DNA of 64,000 nucleotides from Mobula hypostoma (lineage: Eukaryota): contig NC_086097.1 of the NCBI RefSeq assembly GCF_963921235.1, positions 136,402,001 through 136,466,000 of the forward strand, in the 5' to 3' direction. The translations under genes were made by a program, and so were the position numbers. This document shows, piece by piece, positions 47,831-61,049 of the stretch. Position 1 is the first letter of the stretch, and each line of letters starts with the position of its first letter. Below the pieces are notes generated by a model that worked only from the letters and a program-made list of their open reading frames with translations, searched no databases and was not told the DNA's origin.

Positions 47831-50800
47831 TCTCCTGCTTTATATCAGTAACATTTGAAATGAAGGCTTTTATTCTTCACAGAATAAACAATATATCATC
47901 ATCAAGAAACGCACCATACTGATTTCCAGAATTCACCTAGACTCTGATGAAAGCTTCACTAAAACCCCTCACCTCCTCCTGCCGTTTAGATTTTTTAAAA
48001 CTTTCCCCCAGAAACATTGGATGAAAATCCGTGGGGAATAATTTCCATGTTTTAATCAAAGTATATCCAGAAACCAGTGCCATATGTAGCCCCTTCAAAG
48101 AAAGTGGCACACCATGTGTATTTCTTTTCTAAAGAACATTAATCCAGAGACACACTCACCTGCAGATTTCCACTGCACTCCCCTGATCGTTTTAAGTTAT
48201 ACCTTTCAAAGTTAATTTGAAATTCATAAAATAGAATAGAAATATTGAAACTATAATGATTAAGGAAAATATATATTTCCTTACACATAGATGAAGGCCA
48301 TGCAGGCCACTAAGTTCAAGCCAGCTCTCAATACTAATCATTCCCTTGTAAGCCATTCCTTCTTTGACACAGCCAACAATAACCCCTGATTCTCAGGTCA
48401 GCCACCTACACTAAGATACTCCAAGGGGCAACTTGCAGCGCTCAGTTAATCAGCTTGCATGCCTTCGGGATTTGGGAGGGAGCTGATGCAATCAGGGGAA
48501 ACCCACTCACTTGCAAACATGGAGAACATGCAAACTCCACTCAGGCAGTAGTGGAGTTCAGGATCGAACCTGGGTCACTGAAGCTTAGGCGCAGGCCGCA
48601 GCTCCACCTCCTGCGGTACCGAGCTGTTCAGTCCGGTCCCACGTATCGGTGCAGGTGACGCTGAACCAGCCTCTGAACCACCAGAGCCACTCACTTCAAG
48701 GGCATTTAGGGATGGACAAATAGATGTTGGGCTTTAACCATGATGGTCACACCTTGTGAAGTATTTTTAGCAGGAAAAATTAAGCTGAAAATGATTACCC
48801 GTCAGCAAACATGGCAGAATAAAATGTATAAGTAGGTTTGAGGTGAGCAGTAAGAGGTTTAGAGGGGAGCTGAGCAAGAATTTTCTTTCGCACAGACAGT
48901 GGTTAGCATCTGAACTGCACTGCCTGAGTCTCACCACATTTTGGAAACATCTGGAGGAGCACTTAAGTCACCTCACCAGACAAGGCTGCAGACCCAGTAC
49001 AGAGTATACAAGTGATTAGTATACGGGTGTAGTTGATGGTTAGCAGAGAAGGATATGGATCATGTGCAGGCGGAAGGAATTAGTTCAATTAGAGGTTATT
49101 CGCTTAATTAGTTTGGCACAGCATTGTTGGCTATAGTCTTCCATGTTATATGGTATCCAGAAACCCGACACCTTTCAGTCTGGTCTAACAGGTGTAGGTA
49201 ACCCGGGTGGAAGGAGACACCAAGGTATGGTTGTTGAATTTGCCAATGGCACAAAGACGGGTTTGGAAAGTAGGTTGTGGAGGAGGTGATCAGAACACAT
49301 CCAGACCGAAGTGGCATGCAAATTCCGGACCACACAGCAAAAAATAAACATTGGAATAACACGTAAAGTCAGGCAGCATTGGTGGAGGGAGATGGACAGT
49401 TGGCATTTTGGGTCGAAACTCTTCACCTGGACTGGGAGTGGATGATGGAATGACAGGTTAATAATATGTTATCAATAGGAAAAACAGTCTGGTAAGTGCT
49501 GTACGATATGCAAAATTGTCCTCTTTGATAAGAAAAATGGAAACAGAATGAAATGCTCCAAATGGTGAGATATCACACACCTCTGAGGTACTGGGGGATC
49601 CTAGTACCTGATTCACAAACAGTTCAAATGCAGGCACAGCAAGTAATTGGGAAAGCTAACAGGATGTTAGTGTTTGTTGAGCAAGGAATTAAATACAAAG
49701 GTAGGGTGGATGCACTGCAGTTATATGAAGCACTGGGGAGAGCACATCTGGAGCCCAGTTAAGAATGTAATTGTCATGGAAACAGTTCAGAGGAGGTTTG
49801 CTGTGAAATCTGGGATGGGCAGGTTCTGGGGAAAGGTTGGACAGGCTCACAGTGGTATCCAGGGAGCTTAAAAGAGTGTGGAGCAACATGATTGTAACAT
49901 ATAGTTTGATGACTGTCATTCAGAGCATTGATGTGGGGAGGAGCTCTGGGAAATGTGGGCAGCTGGTAGAATCACTATCTGACCACAGGTTCAATCCTGA
50001 CCTCAGGTCCTGTCTGTGTTGTGTTTGCACATTCACCCTGTGACTGCGTAGGCTTCCCTGGATGGTCTGGCTTCTTCCCGCATCCCAAAGACCCACAGGC
50101 TGACGGGTTAATTGGCTACTTTAAATCGTCTGTTTCCCATATGAAATTAAAAGCTTTTTTTCCCTCTCTGTCAAAGGATTGTGAGTTCTTGGAACTCCCT
50201 TCATCAGAAGAGGTGAATAGTTTGAAGATCAGTTTCTTGATAAGGAAGGGGGTGAAAAGTTACTGAGGATGGACAAGAGTGGGTATTGTAGGTTACAAGT
50301 GGGTCAGCCATGATCATATTGACTGGTGGGTTAGGGTCGTGGGGCTGAGTGGCCCAGTCTTACTCTAATCCCTATGTTCATATTTTTGTAGCAGGATTAG
50401 ACTATTCAGACCCTCTATCACAGCGGCTAAGAATTTTTTTTTCATTTTAAAGATTAGAGTTTTGCAACATGAGCCAGCAGTTAAATTCCCATCGCTAAGT
50501 TGCCTTTGTGAAAGTGGTGGTGACCTGCCTTCTTGAGACACTGCAGTCCTTGAGGTGTTGGTATCCCCACAATTCTATTGGGGGAGGCATTTCCAGGATT
50601 TTGACATAGTTACAGTGAAGAAAGTGATATACTCCCAAGTCAGGACAGTGCGTGGCTTGGAGGGCATGGGTGGTGCCCCCATGCGTTTGCTGCCATTGTC
50701 CCCCTCACTGGCAGAGCTGGTGGCTTTGAAGTGTTCTATCTCAGAAATCTTGGTGAGTCACTGCAAAACATCCTGTAGATGGTACAAGCTGCTGCTACTG

Positions 50801-51124
50801 CGCACTGGTGGACAGTTGTGCATGGGGTGACCATCAGCTGGCCTATATGTCCTATATGGCATCGAGCTTCTTGAGTATCATTGAAGCTGCTCTCAGCAAG
50901 GCAAGTGGAGAGTAGTCACACAAATTGGAAACAGTGCCACTTATACTGCCCATAAAACCACAGGATTGTCATAAAAACTTAACTGGTTCACTGATATCCT
51001 TCAGGAAAGGAAACCTACCATACTTCTCTGGTCGGTGTGAAACCCAGATTCTCAGTGATGTGATTAATTAATCAATGCTCTGTAAAACAATTCACCACGA
51101 TATGGCTTGGTGCTGCAGAAGCTC

Positions 51125-52005
51125 ATTGAATCCGGCAGCACTGGTGGAGGGAAATAGACAGTGGATCTTTCAAGTCAAGACCCTGCATCTTGGCTAAAAG
51201 AGGGGAGGGGAGGTAGCCAATGTAAAGAGGTGAAAGGAAGGAACATGTTAGGAGCTGACAGGAGATAGGAAGGGTGATAGACAGATGGAGGAATCCAGAG
51301 TTGGAATAATGCCAGAAGTTGGGAGGCGATAGGCAGAAGTCACAGTGATAGATTGAAGACGTGATGAAGTATCTCAGCCCAAAGCATCAACTTTTTATTT
51401 CCCTCCACAGATGCTGCTTGACTTCTTGAGTTCCTCCAGCATTCTGCGTGCATCTGCAGAATCTCTTGTCTCCGGAAAGGCTGAAGATGATGGAATCCAC
51501 CAGGAGAAGAAGGTGGACATGCACTAAAGGAAGTAAGCTGAGGAGTGGAACTATTTGGAGGAGGGAAAGGAGAAGTGGCGATAGAGGGCAAGGTAATTTC
51601 ATGAGGAGAAAGAAAAGAGATGGGGGAGCGATTACTGGAAGTAGGAGAAATCAATGTTGAGTCTGTCAGCTTGCAGACTACCCAGGTGGAATATGAAATG
51701 CTATCCTTCTGCTTTGGGGTTGGCCTCATCTTGGCAGTCGTGGAGACTGAGGACAGACATGGCAGTTTGGAAATGGAGAGGAGAATTATACTGCCTCAGG
51801 AGATGCACTTGGCCACAGAGAGGACGGAGCAAAGGTGCTTGGCAAAGCCGTCATCTGCTTCTAGTCTCACTGGAGGCAACAACAGGGGTACTGGATGCAA
51901 TAAATAATGCCAGGGATGTGCATGTGAAAGAATGCTTCACCTGGAAGGGCTGGTTAGAACCTGGATGGTGGTGAGAAGGAGGAACAGAGACCGGGGTTCC
52001 ACCTC
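51125..52005 (-). mobile_element. Degenerate Penelope-like element fragments
   Basis: On +: GGAGAAATCAATGTTGAGTCTGTCAGCTTGCAGACTACCCAGGTGGAATATGAAATGCT, the reverse complement of the QHxIFxLGSLQ..LNIDF C-terminus also seen at 8790-8850. Confidence 0.72.
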
Positions 52006-54478
52006 TGGCAGTTTACTGGGGAGACGGCCTTGGGGAGGGAGGGGTATGAGCACAGTTTGGAGGGTGGGTGGACCCTACTGCCTGATCATTCCAGTGACTT
52101 CCATGTCCCATGAATGAAAATCGGGTAAGAGTGGGTGGAAAAAGCAATGACTTTTAAAAGGAAAACTCCCACCAACTCCACTGTAATTTTTCCAATGCAA
52201 GGTGATCGTGATGAAATTTATAACTACCACATCACGTATATTAAATAACAAGGTTCTGACCGAGAAAGATATACATCAGCCCTTCAGTACAATGAGCTGC
52301 TGGGAGAGCAGCCAACACAAACAGTACCTTATAATGAGCTGCTCTGCTCGGTGGGCTCTCACTGATATTTTATACAAGTGTAAAGCTCTGTTTGTGTTGG
52401 CAGTCAGCAGGGAAAATGCTACAACTCCCCGTCCCCATTCTTCCACGAGATACATTGTCATCTGCTGGCTCACCTGGACAAACTCTTCCACTGCTGCCGC
52501 GTCCAGCCATGTTATCTGGATTACCAGGGGCCTGTCTAACCATGATCAAGGACCAAGACACAATACCCGCTTTCAGTAGCGGGGGTTGTATATCCAGTAA
52601 TGTGTGTTCGTGTGCTGGCCTTCATGCCCAAGAATGTTCTCCAGCTAATGAGCAGTATGGACATGATGTGCAGATGGTCTATTTTAGACAAGCTGGTTGC
52701 TCAATAATTATTCTCCAAGACACCTTCCAAGGATGGTGGAGGTTTTGGCGAGGATGCAGCAGACGTTTACCAGGATGCTACCCAGGTTAAAGGGTATGAG
52801 CTATAAGGAGACGTTGGACAAACTTGGGTTATTTTTCCAGAGTGTCAGTAGCCCAGGATAGAAGTATCAAATACTAGAGGATGTACATTGGAGGTGAGGT
52901 TGGGGGGGGGGGGCGGGGACTGTAGTTTAAAGCAGATGTATGGGGCAACATTTTTCCAGGAATGGAACGTGCATGGAACAAGCTGTCAGGGGTGATGGTG
53001 GAAGTAGATACGATAGTGGCATAAGAAGAGTTAGACATAAATACACTAAATACACAGGGAATGGAGAATATGAACACGCACAGGATGAGATATTGTTTAA
53101 TTTTACGTTGTGCTTTGCATAGACATTGTAGGCCTAAGAGCCTGTCCTGATGTACTGTTCACGTTCTAGAATGTAACCCACATCTCTGATGGCTGCATAG
53201 GGTCCTTCATAACCTGCTACGTGTGGCCTTGATGCAATATCTCATCTAAACATCAGCACCTCTGACAGTACAGAAACCCACAGTTCTGCACCGCATCCTC
53301 GTTTCTCTAATCTCCAGACTTCTGTTCTAGGGGGCAAAGTGCTATCCACTCAGAGAATCACAACTTGGGGGGGTGGAGGGTGTTGGCTAAGATTGGTTCT
53401 GGTGTATTGGTTGGAGCTTGCTCCTATAAATGGAATTCAATTACTCTTATCCCCATGTCCCCCCCCCCCCTGCCCTCAAGTAAAACCTCTTTAGCTCAAT
53501 TGATGTCTCAGGGCCTGTACTTGATAAAGTTCAGAAGGCTGAAAAGGGATTTCATTTCATTTCATTTCCTGCCAAATGCTGAAGGGCCTGGATGGAGTGG
53601 AAGTGGAGAGGAGGTTTCCGTTAGTACTGTAGGAGAACCTAACATCTGAGGATATAATCTTAAAGTAAAAGAATTTGTCCCTTTTTAACCAAGGCGAGGA
53701 GCTATTTCTTCAGCCTGTGGATGACGTGTCTGTGAAATTCATTGCTACAGAAGGCTATAGCGGCCACGTCATTAGATATATTTAAGGCAAATATTGATTG
53801 ACTTTTGATTGGTAAGGAATTAAGGGCTATGAGGAGAAAGAATTAGATTTGGGGGGGAAATCAGCTGTGATTGAATGATGGAGCAGATCAATAGGCTGAA
53901 TGGCCTTATTCTCCTCAAACATCTTATGGTATACTAGAAACAGCCTTGGATGATGGAATCTCTTAGTTAAAGTATCCTCATTTTTGCTCAAGCAATCAGT
54001 TGATATAAGTCCTACATCTCCAGGGTCATTAACTATATTTATCAGCCATTAGAATCATGGAATATATGATTTGGTTCATTGTCTCAATGTTGTTTTCCAA
54101 CGTCAGACCCACTACACTCTTCTTATTTCCCTGAATCCCAGCAATTTATTCTCTTTCACATCCTTATCAACTCTACTTAATTATTTTTTCCCACTCAACT
54201 ATACAGAGGTCATTTAATGTAGACATATAACCAAACAGCATATTTTTAGGAAACCCATGCAGTCACAGGGAATATGTAGCAACTCCACTGGGACAGTGTC
54301 GGAGGTCAGGATCAAACCAGGGTCACTGAAGATAGCAATGTTTGAGATTGGAAATGGTTTATTATTGTCACAAGCACAGTGAGAACCCTGTCTTGCATGC
54401 TGTTCATACAGGTCAGATCATCACACAGTGCTTAGCGGTAGAACAAGATAAAGCAATAACAATGCTGAAAAAGTGTAA

Positions 54479-54869
54479 CATAGAAACATAGAAAACTTAC
54501 AGAACAATACAGGACCTTCGGCCCACAAAGCTGTGCCAAACATGTCCTTACCCTAGAACTAACTAGGCTTACCCATAGCCCTCTATTTTTCTAAGCTCCA
54601 TCTATCCATCCAGGAGTCTCTTAAAAGACCCTATCGTTTCCACTTCCACCACCGCCGCCAGCAGCCCATTCCACGCACTCACCACTCTGCATAAAAAACT
54701 TACCTCTGACATCTCCTCTGTACCTACTTCCAAGCACCTTAAAACTGTGTCCTCTCGTGCTAGCCACTTCAGCCCTGGGAAAAAGCCTCAGACTATCCAC
54801 ACGATCAATGCCTCTCATTATCTTGTACACCTCTATCAGGTCACCTCTCACCCTCTGTCGCTCCAAGGA
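54479..54869 (-). mobile_element. CR1 LINE 3' end inserted in a Rex-like 3' UTR
   Basis: ERQRVRGDLIEVYKIMRGIDRVDS..TRGHSFKVLGSRYRGDVRGKFF; (TTTCTATG)n tail. Confidence 0.9.
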
Positions 54870-55489
54870 GAACAGTTACAGGAAGAGTGCAGTGTGGTAA
54901 GCAATAAGGTGGAACATCATAGTAAGGTAGATTGTGAGGTCAAGAATCCATCTTATCATGCTCTTTAGTAGTTTTATAACAGTGGAGTAGAAATTGAGCT
55001 GGGTCTTAAGTGCTTTCAGGCTTTCGTATTGAAAAGGGAAGAGGGGAGAAGAGTAAATGTCTAGAGAGGTGGGATCTTTGATTGTGCTGACTGCTTTACT
55101 GAGGCAGTGAGATGTATAGATAGAGCCTATGGGGAAGACAGTTTCCATGATGTGCTGAGCTGTGTCCATGATTCCTTGCGGTTTCTAGTGGCCATGTGCA
55201 GAGCGGCTACAATACAAAAGTGTTTTGCATGCAGAGAGTATGTTTTCTGTGGTGCACCAAACAGAACTGGTAGGAGTTGATGGGGACATGCTACATTTCC
55301 TTAGCATCCTGAGGAAGTAGAGGCATTGGCGAGCTTCCTTCGTCATGATGTTTGTGTGGTTGAACCAGAACAGGCTATAGGTGACGTTCATTCCTAAGAA
55401 CTTCGCGCTCTGCTCTCAAACTATCTCTCCAAGGCCCTTCAGAAAATTTCTGTTGAACCTGCTCTCTTCTTTCCAGATCACTGTACCTT

Positions 55490-56357
55490 CAGGCACAGTG
55501 ATACAGACTGTAGAAGCGCTGCTTACAGCTCCAATGACAACAAGAACCTCTCGCTCAACATCATCAAAACCAAAGAGCTGATTATTAACCACAAGAAGAG
55601 GAAACCAGAGGTCCCTGACCCAGTCCTCATTGGTGGAGAGAGTCAGTAACTTTAAATCCCTCAGCATTATCATTTCAGAAGATCTGTTTTGGGTCCAGCA
55701 CTAAAGTGCCATTACAAAGGACTGCAGCAGCACCTCTACTTTTTCATAAGTTTGCAAAGATACAACATCATGGTGCAGAGTATTCTGACTGGTTGAATCA
55801 CTGGTATGAAAACACCAATGCCCTTGAACAGAAAAGCCTACAAAAAGTAGTGGATATGACCTAGCCCATGACAGATAAAGCCCTTCCCACCATTGAGCAT
55901 ATCTACAAGGAGAGCTGCCACAGAAAAGCAGCATCTATCATCAAGGTCGCCCATCATCCAGGTCACACTCTCTTATTCCTGTTGCAGTCAGGAAGAAGGT
56001 ACAGGAGCCTTAGGTTCCACACCGCCAAGTTCAGGAACAGTTATTACCCCTCAACCATCAGGATCTTGAACTAAAGGGGAGATCTTCACTCACCCCGGAC
56101 ACTGAACTAGTTTCACAGCCTATGGACTCGCTTTCAAGGACTTTACAGTTCATGCTTTCAATAGTTATTACTGATTTTTTTGTAATTCCACAATTTGCTC
56201 TCTTGAACCTTGGTTGTTTGTCTGCCTTTGTCTGCAGGTGTTCATTAATTCCATTGTGTTTCTTTGTATTTACTGTGAATGCCTGAAAGGAAATGAATCT
56301 CAGGGTAGTATGTGGTGACATATCTGTACGTTGATCATACATATACTTTGAACTCTG
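55490..56357 (+). mobile_element. Rex1/Babar-like LINE 3' fragment
   Basis: DKALPTIEHIYKESCHRKAASIIK..HHPGHTLLFLLQSGRRYRSLRFHTAKFRNSYYPSTIRILN; colinear with 7325-7972. Confidence 0.85.
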
Positions 56358-59300
56358 ACCTGAGCGCATTCCTGACTTTCGGCATCATCTGTGCAGAGTT
56401 TTGCATTCTCTCTGTGACCGCGTGGATTTCATTCTTGTACTCCAGTTCCTTTTCACATCCCAGATTGGTAAGGTAAGTGGCCACTGTAACTTCCTCCCAG
56501 TGTGTAGGTGAGCGGTAAGCTTGGTGAATGTTGATGGGAATATGGGAAGAATAAAATGAGATTAGAATGGGAAATGTGTAAATATGCAGTCGCTGGTCAG
56601 CTCGGGACCTGTCTCTGTTTTGTATATCCACAATACTCAATCAGTTCTTTAAGCTCAGGCAAGTCTACTCGATCTGTTCTGGTAAGGCAGACCTGCCATC
56701 CCTGGAAGCAGTCTATTGAACTTTTGCCTCTATGGCAAGTACGTGGTGCAGTCTTAGCAAGGTTCCACACAACTAAAGGAAGACTCCTTTACTTCAGAGG
56801 TCATAATGTTGGAAGCACTCCACAGGTCAGGTAGCATCTGTCAGAAGTAAAGCATCTTGTCGAAGGGGTTTCAACGTGGAACATTAAGCCTGTTTTTCCG
56901 AGTGTTTCTAGCATTTTCTGTTACTATTTCACATTTCCAGCATTTGCAGTGTTCAGATTATCTGTGCCACTGAGCTCAACTCCCATTGCAATAGAGGTTA
57001 ACATATCAATTACACTCATTGGGGATTCACGGCTCTTTTTCAGAGTCTGAGGGATTCGTTACATCATCAAAGACACTTACAAATGCCTGTAGATGTGCAG
57101 TAGAGTAGAGAGTGTTCTGGCCACATCACAGTCTGGTACGGAGGCTCCAATGCACCGGATCACAAGGGGCTGCAGAGGTTATTAGACTCAGCCAGCCTGA
57201 TCACGGGCACAACCCTCCCCACCATTGATGACGTCTACAAGAGGCAGTGCCCCAAGGTGGTGGTATACATCATTAAGGGCCCTCGTTCCCTCTTCATGTT
57301 ACTGCCATCAGGGAGGAGGTACAAGAGCCTGACGACTCATACATAACAATTCTATCCCTTGGCCATCAGATTTCTGAATGGTCCATGAACACTAACTACC
57401 CCATCGTTTCTTTACTTTGCTATTTATCTGTACCAGGTCCCTCACTTATTGGTGTAATGTTGAGTAATTTTATGCCTTTGCACTGTACTGCTGCCACACA
57501 GCAGCATATTTCACAGGTCACAGAGATTAATGGTAAATCTGATTCAGGCATTGCTAGTCGCTTGCCGGTCCTACACAGTAGTTTTCTTTGACATGTACAG
57601 GAATACCTAGGTCCCTTTGAACATCAAAGTTATCCACTCGCTCCCCACCTTAAAGTACTTGTTTTTTCCCTCTGACCGTAATGAATCATTGGAACCTTTG
57701 ACATTGGACATTGCTGATTGGAATGAAGGGATCAACACATCAACCCATTAACCCAGCTGACCACACACCCCGCCACCAATACTGTATAATTTTCTATCAG
57801 AGTCAGCTTATGTATAGTTACTCCTGTACCTGGTGTCACTTTAACCAATCAGTCTATGTCTATAAGCTAATCTAATGTATTTATATTTACTGTGTTTTTA
57901 ATGCTTTATGCTTACTGTGTCATTTTTTATGCTTCATCAGATCTGGAGTAGCAATCATTTTGTTCTCCTTTACACTAGTGTATTGACCAATGACAACGAC
58001 CAATCTTGAATTGTATAGGCAGAAAGGATGAGGTAGTTAGGCACACCATAATGGGCTGAAGGGCCTGTTCCTGTGCTGTTCTCCTTTTATCGAATGGTGA
58101 GCATATTCAAGGGACAGAATGGCCTTCAGGTCCCAGGTCATTTTCTGGGATTCACTTTTACAAAATCTATAGTCAACGCACCAGTTCAACGAGTTAATAA
58201 ACTCTCACATGAAAATGAGCCATACTGGTGCTGCTGAGGGTTGGATTGGCCGGACAAGTCTATCTCCACTACTGGACCACCTAGACATGTCCAGCTCAAC
58301 CAATGGATTGGTTAGCCGTGTCCGAATCCACAACCAGATCAGCTTTTAAAAATGGACGAAACAATTCTCAGTCTTGCTTTCAAATCCCAGCATGGTCTCA
58401 GAATTTAGCCCTAGGAATTAAGGAAACAGTGCCAGAGCTTGGGCTCCAAGAGCTGAAGGCTTGGCTACCATAGTAGAGCACTTATAAAAGGGAGCACCGA
58501 AGTGGACAAAATGAGGAAACCACAGAGATCTCAAAGAATTATAAACAAGAGGACAGAGATAGACAGGGGTATGTCACTCTGCTGGTATCATTACTAACCA
58601 TTAAATATCAGAAGGAGACTTTGTACTGCTAAATTTGTAATCGCTGGTCTCATTAAGCTTATAAAATTAACACAACAGTGTTAACGATTGGCTTTGCGTC
58701 TAACTGAGAATTAGAGTAATTCAGTCCAGTTGCATACTGTGTGGAATTGTAAACTTTACCAGAATTATAGAGCCATAGAATGAAATGACACAGACCAACT
58801 GAGCTTTGAAAGAGCTCTTCAATTAGTCCATCTGACTGTCTTTACCTTCTGCAAGAGCTTGCCCAACAGATTTTTGAAATTTGGGATTGAACCTCTTTCT
58901 ACTACCCCTCCTGGGACAAAGCTTTAAGCTCTGCCAAGCAACACCTGGAATCTGACACTGTAGATATTTAAAATTGGCCTTATATTAGTTGTAGAACCAC
59001 AAGGGAAGGCATATGAGAGTCTGTTTGTTTTTGAGATGGCCATTGAAGATATTGTGTGCGGAGTGAGTGGGGAAGGGAGGAAGTCATGTGACGAAACTTC
59101 CTGGATCACAGCCAATCAGGAACAGTGCAGTCACTGAGTTCCTTCTGCTGTCCAGGGTCTCAAATTGGTTAAAAAGGTCTCCTCTGGTGGAAGTTCATGT
59201 GGAACATTGATAGAACCAGAACCTATCCAGATTATTTAGGGTTGGCACCCCAATTGACTATGGTTTCATTGTTAGTGACTACGTTGTTAGAGAATGGAGC

Positions 59301-60244
59301 CTGATTCAAAGCTAAAGGAAGGCTTTCACTTACTGACGTATTTCAAATTCCCAAGCGAGACACATTTTGGCATCCGTTACCATTTATTGTTTCTAAGTTC
59401 CACTTAATGTTCCTCTCAGTTCTACAAATTGAAATCATGTTTTCTCCTTCATTTGGAACTCAAAGCAGCACTTGTGACCATTTATTCCAGAAGGATACAT
59501 TTTCCCCTGAACAATGAGTAAGTACTTGGGGATCTGTTTGCAATTGAGCAGAACACTGTGCCATTTGCAACAGCAAATCTGAAACAAAAATGATGTTTAT
59601 GACACCATGCCTGGAAAGCTCCAAATATCATCAACATCCCTAATAAAATAGAGGAAATTAGCTTTTAATGTCCTGCACTTACTTGCCCAGGTAACTTCAA
59701 CAGTTCCTCCCAAACTGTGACCTCTATCACCAGAAGTGAACAGACAGCAGGCACAAGGGAACACCCCCACCTTGAGTTTCCTAAACAGCTTACCGTCCAG
59801 ACTCGAAAATAAATGTACATCTGCACCTTCATTGTTACTGAATCTAAATTCCAGGACTCCCCACCCAGGTGGTTCAAATAGATGGCTAACCACCACCTTC
59901 TCAAAGGCAATTAGAGATGATGGATATAGACAACTACACCAGTGGGACTTGGAGCCTGAATATGAACAAGAAAACGTCACCATCAAATACAGCTGAGGCT
60001 TTAATAGCAGAGAAGGGGAGAGAGGTAATTTTAGAGGTTGGGCTATTTCAAAATTTTTATGACCAAATATAGGGACTGATGTCATGGACAAGGTTGGTGA
60101 GTGGGAATATCAGCATCTTGTTTTGACAGATGAAGGGTATTACAGCAACTGAGGATTGCCCCAATCCCCAACCTTCAGCCATTTCAGCCGTACGTTGGCC
60201 GTGAGTGCTTTTCAAGTTGGCTAGGGTCCTATCGAAGTCGTGAT

Positions 60245-60842
60245 CTGGAGCTCAGCTCAAACTATGGTTCTCCACGAGTGATGGGTTCCCGTTCTAGCCG
60301 CGCGACCGGGTGCTTCAGTATCTCCAGGTGCGGCCTGGAAGACTCGCGCCATCAAGGTGCAGCCCCGTGGATGACCCAGCTCCTCGCTGATGTCACTGAC
60401 TGAACCGTTGTGGGAGATTAAAATGTTGGGACAACGGGTGGTGTACATTACCGTCAGAAGGCCCCTGCACTCGAGCGATTTCTCTCTCTCTCTCGATGGT
60501 GAGTGAGAGTCTGTTGGTCCTCGAGTCGGACAAGCAATACGGCAGATGGGTGGCGGTCGGTGCATGGTGGGCGGGGTCGGTGCTTGATGGGTGGCTGGGG
60601 GGGGTCGGTGCTTGGTGGGGGTCGGTGCATGGTGGGGGGGGTCGGTGCTTTGTGGGTGGCTGGGGGGGAAGGGTTGATGCTTTTACTGCTGCTTGTGCGT
60701 GGGAGGGGGAAGGGGGCTTTGTCGCTCTAACATTTCTATCGTTCATTCCTTGGAGATTTTTTTCCGTTTCATGCATGTCTGTGAAGAGTAAGGATTTCAG
60801 GTTGTATACTGTAGACATTCTGTGATATTAACTTTAACCATT
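60245..60842 (+). mobile_element. Probable non-coding retroposon (CpG-rich 5' part, G-rich GGGGTCGGTGC repeats, LINE-like tail)
   Basis: 3' end GTGAAGAGTAAGGATTTCAGGTTGTATACTG resembles the Rex-like 3' tails elsewhere in the window; four GGTCGGTGC units at ~60555-60650. Confidence 0.5.
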
Positions 60843-61049
60843 GGTACAGCGCCAAGGCCGAGGAGGAGGTTACAGCCACACACACCTGGGAGGTTTACAA
60901 GGCACAGGGATGATCCCAACAACCTCCCCCAGCAGTGTGTCTCTGTAGCAGACTCTCTATGGCCTTGTGGAACAGCTCTCCAGCTGTCTGCTCTTCATGT
61001 CCCTCTCAGTAGTCTGGGAGCAAACTCTCAGTTATATCACCTTATCACT

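Noticed and set aside
52474..52520. Small minus-strand exon ending in CAG|GTGAGC
   Set aside because: Good donor but poor acceptor, and no partner exons or recognisable peptide.
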